Positions 40,354 through 50,156 of a stretch of DNA of 64,000 nt are shown piece after piece. Each line of letters begins with the position of its first letter. The first letter of the stretch is position 1. This stretch comes from a bacterium. GTDB lineage: Bacteria; Hinthialibacterota; Hinthialibacteria; Hinthialibacterales; Hinthialibacteraceae. The position numbers and the translations under genes are program-made. The stretch is from NCBI GenBank assembly GCA_963663405.2, contig CAXXSM010000130.1, forward strand, positions 32,001 through 96,000, given 5' to 3'. The notes beneath the pieces are model-generated. The model made no database searches. It had not been told where the DNA came from and worked only from the letters and a program-made list of their open reading frames with translations.

Positions 40354-43128
40354 ATGATGGTGTTACTCCATAACTCATTTATTCTATTCGTCTTAGCATT
40401 CACTATGATAACATCCGTAATCCCTTCTCACGCGGCTGTTACATCCGAAACGCCAACAGAAACCCCAATTGAAATCCCAACGGGAACGCCCACCCCCAAA
40501 CCGCCTCTCTCCGATCGTTTCAATATCCCCCCAGATGAGAATCACGAGTTGAAACGGCTCGTTCGGGATATGTCTCCAGATGTCTGTTTAGCGGTCCAAG
40601 CGGAAACAGGGGATTTATATTGCATGGATCGGGCCAACGATGACCGGGTAGAAATCCATAAAATCTCTCTAGATCAAATCGATCAAGTCCGATCGGAGAT
40701 GAACAGCGGCTTAGTATATTCTCTAGATTTAGATGTAAGGCGATCTTTAATCGATCTTGTCGTGGATTCTGATGAAACTGTCTATGCTTTGTATCGCGTT
40801 AATGAAAAGAATTGGATATTGGTATTCAATTCTGTCAATGAGTTGAATAAGAGTATTCAACTCGGTTTTACCAAAAAAATGCACATTGTTGAAGATGACG
40901 ATCTGATCTCCGGCGCCAATCCGTCAGAGATTCTATTGTTCTACAATCAGCATCGTAACAATCGAATCCTTCGATATGATCCAAAGGGAAATCAGCCACT
41001 CACTACATTACTCGATCTTAGAAAGACAAACATTTGTGATTTTATCATCGGGCGTCATAACTCTCTCTGTTTTTTAGCCAAGGACGAGTCCTCTTTTACA
41101 AGAATCATGATGTATGAATACAATCAGTGGAGAGAATTGACACCCAATGGAATCCTTCCGGATTCTAGCCCTCGCAAATTCGCCTATTTGGAAATGGAAA
41201 AATCATTCTATACCGTCGTGGAACATGGATACAATAAATTTTTACTCTTCCGTGTTTATGGCGATGGAGCCGTGGCCGGGAAGGTGGGAGAGATCGGATC
41301 TGTCCACAGCATGGTCTCTTCCAAAGATGGAAGGAGTCTTTATTTTACGAATCCTACGTCCGATGATGGATCGGTTATCTATGCGTTGTCGTATACGGGA
41401 CCGGATGTCACTCCGACTCCCTCCTTTACACCGACAAACACTCTAACTCCCTCCTTTACTCCAACCATCACGCCGACACCCACAATCACACCAACTCCCA
41501 CCATCACGCCGACCTATACTCCAACGCCGACCTATACTCCCACGCCGACATTTGGACCCATTCAATTGAGTGACGATCGGTTTGAGGTTGATCTCCTCAT
41601 TAATCATATTGGTGAACATGCTTTCCTCGCCGTCCATCCAAACACGGGAAACTTGGTTTTCCAGAGAGATTGGTATTCGAGAAGTCCCTATTCATTGCCT
41701 GCTTCAAGCAATCCAATAGATCTTAGACAAAAACAAATTAAACCAATATTCTACATCGATAAATCAGTCTCTTTTCTTTTGTATGCTGTACATCCGGATG
41801 GGTGGTTGTATGGTATTGATCGGAATTATCAAGTGCAGAGATTGAAACAAAATGGCGTATTGGATCGTGGCTTTAGATTATCTGAGGACTTTTTTCATAC
41901 CATGCATATTGTACGTGAAAACGATAGCATACCCGGCGTCACTAAAGGAGATGTACTAATCTTGACAGAAAAAGAAGATCAGACAACAAGAATTTGGAAA
42001 ATCAATCATAATGAAACTTCCACTCATGTTCCCTTTTTGGAATTGTACTTATCAGATGCGGATCTCCCGGTTTGTCCTTTGGACTGGACAATTGGACCAG
42101 GCGGAAATCTCTATTTATTATCATATGATTTGGGAGTAAGTGATCGATACAAACTCTACCGCTTGGATATGGATAAAAAGTTAAGAAATATGTTTTCTTT
42201 TCCTCTTGAAAAGAAATACTACGCAATCACATATCTCCCTGTCGATCGTGCTTTCTTCTTATTAAAGGAAAGATACATTCAAAGAATCTCAGATGATGGT
42301 TCTGAAGTTTCTATGATTGGGTATTCAGGAGGATCAATATATGATTTAACAGTATCGTTGGATGGAAGATCAATTTATTTATTATATAATGATTCCGGGT
42401 CAGGTGAATTGAATTCCATCCAAGCCCTCCGGCTAAAAGGAGATAAACCCACCTCGACTCCCATTCCCGGCTGGTTCGTCCTCGACGGATACGGCGGCGT
42501 CCATTCATCCAATCCAGAACTCGAACGTCCCATTCTCCCCTATTTCGCCCCATACAATATTGTTAGGGATATCGAACCGGATCCATTAGGCCGTGGATGG
42601 TATATGCTGGACGGCCTGGGTGGGATTCACACTTCTTCCCCCGATTTGCCGTATCCCATCGGGCTACCCTACTTTGACTTCGACATCGCTCGCAACCTTG
42701 AAATTGTCTCAACGGAGAATGGTCTCGAATTCTACATGCTGGATGGATTCGGAACCATTCACACCTCGACGGGTGAGCCGTTTGATTACGGATATCTACC
42801 TTGGTTTGGAATTGATCTCGCCCGTGATCTTGAACCTGATCCAGAATTCGGTGGGTGGTTTATTCTAGATGGATTCGGATTCTTGTACTTCAGTTATTGG
42901 CCCGAATCTGACTATCCTTTGGGACAGTCGTTCCCAAATGATCCCATAGCCCGTGGCATGGTCCGTTTCCCCGATGAAACCACAGTTATCATCGACGGCT
43001 TTGGAGGCCGTCACACCAATCCATTCTACCCCGCCGTGGATGTCGTCGAGGGGCTTCCCCCCGAATTCTACTTCTGGGGATTCGACATCATCTGGGATAT
43101 CGAAACCGTCCCAGAAAATATGCAATAA
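40354..43128 (+). CDS. Secreted modular protein, paralog 5 (A-B-C)
   Basis: Same architecture; start placed at MMVLLHNSF after aaggag rather than 40144. Confidence 0.85.
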   Translation: MMVLLHNSFILFVLAFTMITSVIPSHAAVTSETPTETPIEIPTGTPTPKPPLSDRFNIPPDENHELKRLVRDMSPDVCLAVQAETGDLYCMDRANDDRVEIHKISLDQIDQVRSEMNSGLVYSLDLDVRRSLIDLVVDSDETVYALYRVNEKNWILVFNSVNELNKSIQLGFTKKMHIVEDDDLISGANPSEILLFYNQHRNNRILRYDPKGNQPLTTLLDLRKTNICDFIIGRHNSLCFLAKDESSFTRIMMYEYNQWRELTPNGILPDSSPRKFAYLEMEKSFYTVVEHGYNKFLLFRVYGDGAVAGKVGEIGSVHSMVSSKDGRSLYFTNPTSDDGSVIYALSYTGPDVTPTPSFTPTNTLTPSFTPTITPTPTITPTPTITPTYTPTPTYTPTPTFGPIQLSDDRFEVDLLINHIGEHAFLAVHPNTGNLVFQRDWYSRSPYSLPASSNPIDLRQKQIKPIFYIDKSVSFLLYAVHPDGWLYGIDRNYQVQRLKQNGVLDRGFRLSEDFFHTMHIVRENDSIPGVTKGDVLILTEKEDQTTRIWKINHNETSTHVPFLELYLSDADLPVCPLDWTIGPGGNLYLLSYDLGVSDRYKLYRLDMDKKLRNMFSFPLEKKYYAITYLPVDRAFFLLKERYIQRISDDGSEVSMIGYSGGSIYDLTVSLDGRSIYLLYNDSGSGELNSIQALRLKGDKPTSTPIPGWFVLDGYGGVHSSNPELERPILPYFAPYNIVRDIEPDPLGRGWYMLDGLGGIHTSSPDLPYPIGLPYFDFDIARNLEIVSTENGLEFYMLDGFGTIHTSTGEPFDYGYLPWFGIDLARDLEPDPEFGGWFILDGFGFLYFSYWPESDYPLGQSFPNDPIARGMVRFPDETTVIIDGFGGRHTNPFYPAVDVVEGLPPEFYFWGFDIIWDIETVPENMQ

Positions 43129-43216
43129 TGGAGCGCGAGCGTCCCGTCCGCAAAAAAAAGAAATTTAGTTAATTCTATATTGCCATACGAAGATGAGTTC
43201 AACGATATTTATTTCC

Positions 43217-43258
43217 ATCCTGAATATCCTGCTTATCTTGCCCATCCCGATTCAGACA
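43217..43258 (+). repeat. 9-nt-periodic ATCC element (family P), right of the five-gene array
   Basis: atcctgaatatcctgcttatcttgcccatcccgattcagaca. Confidence 0.7.
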
Positions 43259-43351
43259 AATAGAAAATCGAATCATACTTTACAACCTTGAAGTCTCCCC
43301 TCTAATCCCTTACCTTATAGCCAATTCAAATCCAACATTCGGAGGACAATC

Positions 43352-44776
43352 GTGGTGAATCAAAAAAATAAACTATCCCGTCGGGATGTCATAAAACAAA
43401 CCAGTATCGTGGGAACCGCCGCCGCGTTCGGTGGGATGGCTGGTCATTCCGCTACAGCGGGGATACAAGACGCGAAAGAACAGATTGGAAAACGAGCCGC
43501 TGAATTGCCCCTGATCGATACGCATGAACATCTCATCGAAGAAGAAGACCGCGTATCTGGAAATCACCAGCGGATCAAAGCCAACGACTGGTCGTTTCTC
43601 CTAACTCACTATATCGATTCGGATCTGCGTACATCAGGAATGCCGAATGAAGAATTTCAGAAATTCCTCTCACCAGATGTCGATCCGATTCGAAAATGGG
43701 ACATTCTCGAACCGTATTGGCCCAACGTGCGTTACACCGGCTACGGACAGGCGGTGGAAATCGCTATTCAGGAACTCTATGGGGTGGAGGGGCTCTCTCG
43801 TGAAAATATCCCTCATGTCCAGGCGGAATATGAAAGACTGATCCGGCCCGGATTCTATAGTGAAGTCCTTCAAAATGTCGCTGGAATCGAATCGTGTCAA
43901 GTCAATTTCCTTTCTGAGCCGTTTTCCGAATCGAAACAACCGACTCTCCTGATGCAGGATATCAGCATTCTCGGTATGCATATGGGACCGAATATTAACG
44001 CTTACGCTCCTAAAGCGGGTATCGAGGTGAAAGACCTCTCTGATTGGCATGCGGTGATCGATTGGTGGTTCAAAAAGTACGGTCCCTACGCGGTTGCGGT
44101 GAAATCCCAAGCGGCTTATTCACGCAATATCGATTTTGAAAAAGTCCCCGCTGAAAAAGCCGCGCCGGTCTTCGCAAAGAAACTCGCTGGCGATCCAATC
44201 TCCAGCAAAGAACGCAAAGCCTTGGAAGATCATCTCTTCTGGTACAGCGTGGAGAAAGCCACGGAATGGAATCTGCCGGTCAAACTCCACACCGGCTATT
44301 ACGCCGGTCATAACAGCATGCCCCTTTCACGGCTGCAGGGCAATCCCGGAGCGGTGACGGATCTCTGCCGGAACGCGCCGGATACGACGTTCGTCTTCAT
44401 GCACATCTGCTATCCCTATTATGAAGAGTTGATCGCGGCGGCGAAACAATGGCGAAACGCGTATATCGATATGTGCTGGGCCTGGATTATCAGCCCCACC
44501 GCAAGTGTTGATTTTCTAAAAGAATATCTCGTTACCGCGCCGGCAAATAAAGTGCTAACATTTGGCGGCGATTATATTATTGTAGAACTCGTCTCCGGAC
44601 ATGCGTCACTCGCCCGGCGTGGAATCCGAAATGCGCTTGTGGGATTGGTGGATGAGGGGTGGCTGACGTTGGATGGCGCGCTCGCATTATCCGAACGGAT
44701 TATGCATGGAAACGCGCGCGAAATTTTCAACTTGAATGAGAAAACGAAAAGACTTCAATCCGCTCCCTGGTTATAA
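43352..44776 (+). CDS. Tat-exported amidohydrolase (Amidohydro_2/uronate isomerase-like)
   Basis: SRRDV Tat motif, IDTHEH, KLHTG, FMHICYPY, DMCWAW, FGGDY. Confidence 0.88.
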   Translation: MVNQKNKLSRRDVIKQTSIVGTAAAFGGMAGHSATAGIQDAKEQIGKRAAELPLIDTHEHLIEEEDRVSGNHQRIKANDWSFLLTHYIDSDLRTSGMPNEEFQKFLSPDVDPIRKWDILEPYWPNVRYTGYGQAVEIAIQELYGVEGLSRENIPHVQAEYERLIRPGFYSEVLQNVAGIESCQVNFLSEPFSESKQPTLLMQDISILGMHMGPNINAYAPKAGIEVKDLSDWHAVIDWWFKKYGPYAVAVKSQAAYSRNIDFEKVPAEKAAPVFAKKLAGDPISSKERKALEDHLFWYSVEKATEWNLPVKLHTGYYAGHNSMPLSRLQGNPGAVTDLCRNAPDTTFVFMHICYPYYEELIAAAKQWRNAYIDMCWAWIISPTASVDFLKEYLVTAPANKVLTFGGDYIIVELVSGHASLARRGIRNALVGLVDEGWLTLDGALALSERIMHGNAREIFNLNEKTKRLQSAPWL

Positions 44777-45650
44777 GTGGAGAATATGCAATTTTTCCAC
44801 GGAGTGGTAAATGTACATCTTATTATTATAAGAACACTGCCATACTGGTCTTTCGTATCATTTAAAATGTGTCTCAATTCATTTGTGATACATTGTTTGT
44901 AAGTAGGAATAATAGTGTTATAAATATTTAATTATATTGTTTTATTGGACTTAGATTCTTCCTATATAGAATTCGCTTTAGCGTTTTTATATCGATTCGA
45001 TTCTGGTTGTATCATTTCTAGTTGTTTTGAGACAGTTTTTGGTCGATTTATTCAAATAGAGATTTAGCACGGAATACATTGAATTGATTATGTTTACGAG
45101 AATTTATTCGAAATTTTAGAATTGATTTATATCTGGTATAGTTTTTGTATTATTTAATCAAACAATAAAGAAATCCCAATAAACTTGATGTATAATTTTT
45201 TAGTAGTATCATACGATTTTTAGATTAAATAAGTTTTCTTTTTTTGGGGATGTCAGGAACAGAGCAGTGTAAGAATGGAAAACGTTCATTGACTGTACCC
45301 AAATATGTATTAATAAAAAATAACCCCTTTTCAACCATAAGGAAAGGTGCTATGGTAGTATAATTGATTAAATTTTTGATGTTGTTTTTGTTTTTTGTGA
45401 TATAATATTTATAAGTTTTTAAATGCAGTGGATAGAAAGATTGTTTTTTATAATTGTAATTATTCATTGCACTTTATTTTTAATTTAAAAAAGAGCACGC
45501 ATTTACTGTAAATGTTTAATCGTTTTTTTTTACTATCGAAAAGGAGGTGTAAAAAATTTTTAGTAGAAATATGCTCTTTTTTAGGGTTGATTAATACGTT
45601 GTATTTGATTTGATTTTGATAGTGTTGAACTTGAGAGTATTTATTATAAA

Positions 45651-45725
45651 GTGGAAGTGATGATCTGTTCTTTTTTAATTGGTCGCCAAGAAAAGGGCAG
45701 GGAGCTAGTGGCGAATCCCCTCCAC
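45651..45725 (+). ncRNA. c-di-GMP-II-like riboswitch aptamer, copy 1
   Basis: P1 GUGGA/UCCAC, kink-turn-type UGA...GAG, stem CUGUUCUUUU/AAAAGGGCAG, loop UUAAUUGGUCGCCA with pseudoknot to UGGCGA; 40 nt before the ATG. Confidence 0.8.
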
Positions 45726-45765
45726 GCAATCAAATAGTAAACGATTACGTTAAGGAGGATTACTA

Positions 45766-46737
45766 ATGTATAAGAGTAAAATTTCCATTCTTCTGTTTAT
45801 TGGGGCTGTCAGTTTAGTATTGGCCCCGGTGTGCTCAGCACAGACGCCTACGCCTATACCAAATCCTGGTTCTCCCGTTCCTTGGTGTGATAAGGATTTC
45901 ATGGTTCATTTTAATAACGCAGGGCAGGGATATAGTGGGGATAGCTATTTTCTTTCTATATTCCAAGGAGCCTCTCCGGTTCCTGAAAGTGATTTTTCTG
46001 ATTGGTTTTGGAATACATTTATCAATGATCCAAATTATCAAGATGTATTGGACCTTTGGCTCATACAAGTGAATGCCGTTGTTGATCCCGATATTACAAT
46101 GGATGATCTTAAAACAGGGCTGTATCAAATGATGCATGATTTACTGTATGGGACTCCAGCTCCTCCTCCTATCACCTTGATTCCTGGAAGCCATTTTCCA
46201 GGATGGTGTATCGACTTATCAAAAAAGATACAATTGAATTATTGGCATTACTGTCCTTGGGTGCAGCGGACAATAAATGCGAATATGCTTCTTCCGTTTA
46301 GCTCACCAGTTGATCCAAACCTTAACGCTTGGTGCAATAATCCAGCAAATCTAGTTAAAGTGAATTATCTGCTTTCCGAATGGCGTAGAAATGCAATGGT
46401 TGATTTTGGATTGGGTTTCGAACCTTCGTGGCAGGAAATACAAGCGGCGATTTGGATACTGTTAGATGAAAATGTTGGTGGAAATCCATCCGGTCCGGAT
46501 CCCGATCCCAGCGATCCCAATCCAGCATTGCGTGGATATATTACCTGGGATGTCAATAATGTGGATGATGTAATTGCTGCAATAAATGCGAAACCTTCGA
46601 GTTTTTACGATAATTTGTTATTGTTCCAACTCTATCGTGTGTGTGTTATTGTATATAATGGTGATACAGAACAACGTACGCTGGTTGAGATGGAAGCCTT
46701 TTTATACTACATGTTGATGCAGTATGGCTTGATTTAA
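45766..46737 (+). CDS. Secreted stand-alone thioester-domain-like (TED/TQXA) protein 1
   Basis: Signal peptide; GWCID (Cys148), IQAAIW (TQxAxW-like, Gln226), EQRTLV (Gln303); hydrophobic C-terminus. Confidence 0.7.
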   Translation: MYKSKISILLFIGAVSLVLAPVCSAQTPTPIPNPGSPVPWCDKDFMVHFNNAGQGYSGDSYFLSIFQGASPVPESDFSDWFWNTFINDPNYQDVLDLWLIQVNAVVDPDITMDDLKTGLYQMMHDLLYGTPAPPPITLIPGSHFPGWCIDLSKKIQLNYWHYCPWVQRTINANMLLPFSSPVDPNLNAWCNNPANLVKVNYLLSEWRRNAMVDFGLGFEPSWQEIQAAIWILLDENVGGNPSGPDPDPSDPNPALRGYITWDVNNVDDVIAAINAKPSSFYDNLLLFQLYRVCVIVYNGDTEQRTLVEMEAFLYYMLMQYGLI

Positions 46738-46767
46738 ATGACCATTTAGGTTGTTAGCGAGTTGAAG

Positions 46768-46798
46768 AAAGGGGATCATTCAAAATGATCCCCTTTTT
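46768..46798 (+). terminator. Rho-independent terminator
   Basis: aaaggggatcatt-caa-aatgatccccttttt. Confidence 0.85.
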
Positions 46799-46800
46799 AT

Positions 46801-46882
46801 ATGATAATGAGTTTCAAAGACTTACTCGTTCTAGATTTCACCCGTAACTCATTTTCGCGTTGTGATCTCAACATGATGGTTT
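46801..46882. repeat. Hairpin element, family H copy 2
   Basis: atgataatgagtt...aactcattttc...tgtgatctcaacatgatggttt. Confidence 0.75.
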
Positions 46883-47527
46883 ATGCGAAACGGTTCTTAT
46901 ATGGCCAATCTGCAAATACATCTTTTTAATAGCTTTCATGTACGGGTGGAAACTTTTATGGATTCTTCAATTTGAAGATTTTGTAGAAACCAATTATTGA
47001 TTGAATCAGACAAACTTCTAATTTTGATTTTCAATTCATGTTTTTTGTATGTTTTTTATATTTCATATGATTTAACACTAATGAAATAAATTGAGTTGAA
47101 TAAGGTGTTTAGGATTTTCCATTCCATTCTATTCTTCCTTTGATGTAACGTTTTTTTCTGCATTAATTTAGTTTCAATTCTATCGATTTAAAGGATTTTG
47201 TGTAATAAATTAGTCATGTAAAAGGTTGTTCGACGAATAAAAAATACATAAAAACCTCTTTTCATTAATAAAAATTATGCTATAGTAATAGTAGTTAACA
47301 TTATATTCCTGATGCGTTGATCTTGTGTGGTGAGTATATTCTTATCTCGTTTTTTTTTGCTTGTAATGAAATATTGCATTTTATCTGTGGGTCTTTTTCT
47401 ATAATAAGTTCGTACAAATCGATATCAAAAGGAGAATTGCATGACAAAAATGATTGGATTTCTTTTTTAATATTTTTGTATTGAAGGTTGAGGTGATAGT
47501 GAGTTCCTTATTTGAATAATAATTATA

Positions 47528-47603
47528 GTGGAAGCGTTGAACCATTTTTTCTTTAATTGGTCGCCAATAGAAGAATGGGAAGCAAGTGGCGAACCCCCTC
47601 CAC
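47528..47603 (+). ncRNA. c-di-GMP-II-like riboswitch aptamer, copy 2
   Basis: GUGGAAGCGUUGAA CCAUUUUUUCU UUAAUUGGUCGCCAAU AGAAGAAUGG GAAGCAAGU GGCGA ACCCCC UCCAC. Confidence 0.8.
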
Positions 47604-47645
47604 GCAATCGAAATCTTAAAATGATTACGTTCAGGAGGATTTAAA

Positions 47646-48617
47646 ATGTATAAGAAAGTAATACCCAGTCTTTTCATCATAGGGGCTGTCGGCCTTCTCT
47701 TGGCGCCGTTTAGCTCAGCCCAGACACCTACTCCATTGCCGAATCCTGGTTCTCCCGTTCCTTGGTGTGATAAGGATTTCATGGTTCATTTTAATAACGC
47801 AGGGCAGGGATATAGTGGGGATAGCTATTTTCTTTCTATATTCCAAGGAGCCTCTCCGGTTCCCGAAAATGATTTTTACGATTGGTTTTGGAATACATTT
47901 ATTAATAATCCAAATTATCAAGATGTATTGGACCTTTGGCTCATACAAGTGAATGCCGTTGTCGATCCCGATATTACAATGGATGATCTTAAAGCGGGGC
48001 TGTATCAAATGATGCATGATTTACTGTATGGAACTCCAGCTCCTCCTCCTATCACCTTGATACCTGGAACCCATTTTCCAGGATGGTGTATCGACTTATC
48101 AAAAAAGATACAATTGGATTACTGGCATTACTGTCCTTGGGTGCAGCGGACAATAAATGCGAATATGCTTCTTCCGTTTAGCGCGCCAGTTGAGCCAAAC
48201 CTTAACGCTTGGTGCAATAACCCAGCAAATCTAGTTAAAGTGAATTATTTGCTTTCCGAGTGGCGTAGAAACGCAATGGCTGATTTTGGATTGGGTTTCG
48301 AACCTGCGTGGGAGGAAATACAAGCGGCGATTTGGATTCTGATAGATGAAAATGTTGCTGGAAATCCATCCGGTCCGGATCCCGATCCCAGCGATCCCAA
48401 TCCAGCATTGCGTGGATATATTACCTGGGATGTCAATAATGTGGATGATATTATTGCTGCATTAAATACGAAACCTTCGAGTTTTTACGATAATTTGTTA
48501 TTGTTCCAACTCTATCGTGTGTGTGTTATTGTATATAATGGTGATACAGAGCAACGTACGATGGTTGAGATGGAAGCCTTTTTATATTATATGTTGATGG
48601 AGTATGGTCTGATTTAA
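47646..48617 (+). CDS. Secreted TED-like protein 2 (near-duplicate of protein 1)
   Basis: Same length and motifs (GWCID, IQAAIW, EQRTMV). Confidence 0.7.
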   Translation: MYKKVIPSLFIIGAVGLLLAPFSSAQTPTPLPNPGSPVPWCDKDFMVHFNNAGQGYSGDSYFLSIFQGASPVPENDFYDWFWNTFINNPNYQDVLDLWLIQVNAVVDPDITMDDLKAGLYQMMHDLLYGTPAPPPITLIPGTHFPGWCIDLSKKIQLDYWHYCPWVQRTINANMLLPFSAPVEPNLNAWCNNPANLVKVNYLLSEWRRNAMADFGLGFEPAWEEIQAAIWILIDENVAGNPSGPDPDPSDPNPALRGYITWDVNNVDDIIAALNTKPSSFYDNLLLFQLYRVCVIVYNGDTEQRTMVEMEAFLYYMLMEYGLI

Positions 48618-48650
48618 ACGTACGTTTTATGTTTTTTAGTAAGATAAAAG

Positions 48651-48681
48651 AAAGGGGATCAATTCACGATCCTCTTTTTTT
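48651..48681. terminator. Probable bidirectional terminator between TED2 and LRR1
   Basis: aaaggggatc-aattcac-gatcctctttttt, with an A-rich left flank. Confidence 0.75.
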
Positions 48682-48698
48682 ATCTTCATTTGACGATT

Positions 48699-49931
48699 TT
48701 AATGCAACCACCAGTTCGCTACACTCGTTCCACACTCGTATGGATTCAGATTTAGTTGAGGAGAAAATGCGAAACCGTTCTGAAAATATTCATCAATCAA
48801 ACCAGTAAAAACTGGTTCACCCAAATGATCTATGAGAATCAATACATCATTCCAATCACCGCAATCTAACAGATTCCCTCGAATATCGAACGCGGTCAAC
48901 TCTGTATTCCCAAGTTCTACATAAGAAGCTATATTCGAGATGGAAGTGATTAGATTGTTCGTACAATCTATATATTTATAAGTGGCGCTTGGATGGATCA
49001 TTAGTTCTTCCAGACGATTATTACTACAAGTAAGATAGCGCAAGGAAACATTGACTGATAGATCAAGGATTTTAAGTTGGTTATTATTGCAAAAAAGAGA
49101 TTTTAAAAGGGGATTCTGAGACACATCCAGAACGTTCAATTGATTGTTATAGCATTCGATATAATCCAACGCTAGGCTTTCCGTCAAATCGAGCGAGGTG
49201 ATCTGATTGTCCGGACAGTAGAGTTTTAATAATGAGGGAAGGTTTGAAACATTCAAATTCTCAAGTTGATTTCGGCTGCAATCGAGATACTGTAAAGATT
49301 CGAGATTCGATACGTCTAAGTGTGTCAAGAGATTATCGTCACAATAGATTTTATTATACGGCGCCTCCTTTGAAAGGATCAGAGAATTGATTTGATTTCT
49401 TTTACAACTAATAAATTCCATCTCAGGATTATTTAATAGATCTAAACTCTCTAATTGATTTTCTATACATTCAAGCTGGTTTAATATGGAATTGCTAGAA
49501 AGATCGAGGGTAGTGATTTGATTCCATGAGCAATACAGAAATTTCAATCGAGTGTTTTCTGAAACGTCTAAACTACTAATCAAATTATGGGCGCAACTCA
49601 GCTCTTTTAAGTCTGTATTATTCCATAAGTCCAAATGGGTCAAGGCGTTGTCTGAACAATTTAATCTGGTGATGTTGGTGAAATACTCGATTCCGGTTAA
49701 ATCTTGAATTTCTTTCCTGACACATAAAAATGATTCTGTGACCGCCGCCACTTGCTCCGCCGTAAATTCCCCGCCAGGATCGACTCCTATATATTCTTCA
49801 ACCACAGTACGAAAATTCGGATCAGGGAAATTTTCCGGTGTGTTGATATTTTGAGCAAGGGAGTCTGCGATTGGAAAGAGAAAAAGAAGAAGAAACGCGG
49901 TTGTTTTGGATGAACTCACAATGTTGAACAT
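48699..49931 (-). CDS. Secreted leucine-rich-repeat protein LRR1 with C-terminal W motif
   Basis: ENFPDPNFR N-cap, 21-aa LxxLxCxxNxLxxLDxSxN repeats; ends GTSVANWWLH. Confidence 0.9.
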   Translation of the reverse strand: MFNIVSSSKTTAFLLLFLFPIADSLAQNINTPENFPDPNFRTVVEEYIGVDPGGEFTAEQVAAVTESFLCVRKEIQDLTGIEYFTNITRLNCSDNALTHLDLWNNTDLKELSCAHNLISSLDVSENTRLKFLYCSWNQITTLDLSSNSILNQLECIENQLESLDLLNNPEMEFISCKRNQINSLILSKEAPYNKIYCDDNLLTHLDVSNLESLQYLDCSRNQLENLNVSNLPSLLKLYCPDNQITSLDLTESLALDYIECYNNQLNVLDVSQNPLLKSLFCNNNQLKILDLSVNVSLRYLTCSNNRLEELMIHPSATYKYIDCTNNLITSISNIASYVELGNTELTAFDIRGNLLDCGDWNDVLILIDHLGEPVFTGLIDEYFQNGFAFSPQLNLNPYECGTSVANWWLH

Positions 49932-50067
49932 AAATTTTACACCTTTTTTCAAATTGATTTAAGATATATCTAAACTTGACGAAACTTATGACGAAACGGT
50001 GAGAAATCAAATAATCTATTACGAATTCATGGTTGAAACAATGTAAAATTTTCATATGCAGGTTTGT

Positions 50068-50156
50068 ATGAAAATGAGTTTCTAGGATTTTCTCCATCGA
50101 GATTTCTTCTGCAACTCATTTTCATTTGCGTGTTGTAATCTCAATCATAATGGTTT
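50068..50156. repeat. Hairpin element, family H copy 3
   Basis: atgaaaatgagtt...aactcattttcat...tgtaatctcaatcataatggttt. Confidence 0.8.

Noticed and set aside
27964-43128. Diversity-generating retroelement acting on the paralog array
   Set aside because: No reverse transcriptase in the window and no repeat pair differing only at adenines was seen. The 3' ends are the most conserved part, not the most variable.
47428-47470. Conserved leader peptide (MTKMIGFLF / MIKMVGFLL) after aaggag in the cassette leaders
   Set aside because: Copy 4 has TAG at codon 5 and copy 1 lacks the ATG. The conservation is better explained by a hairpin.
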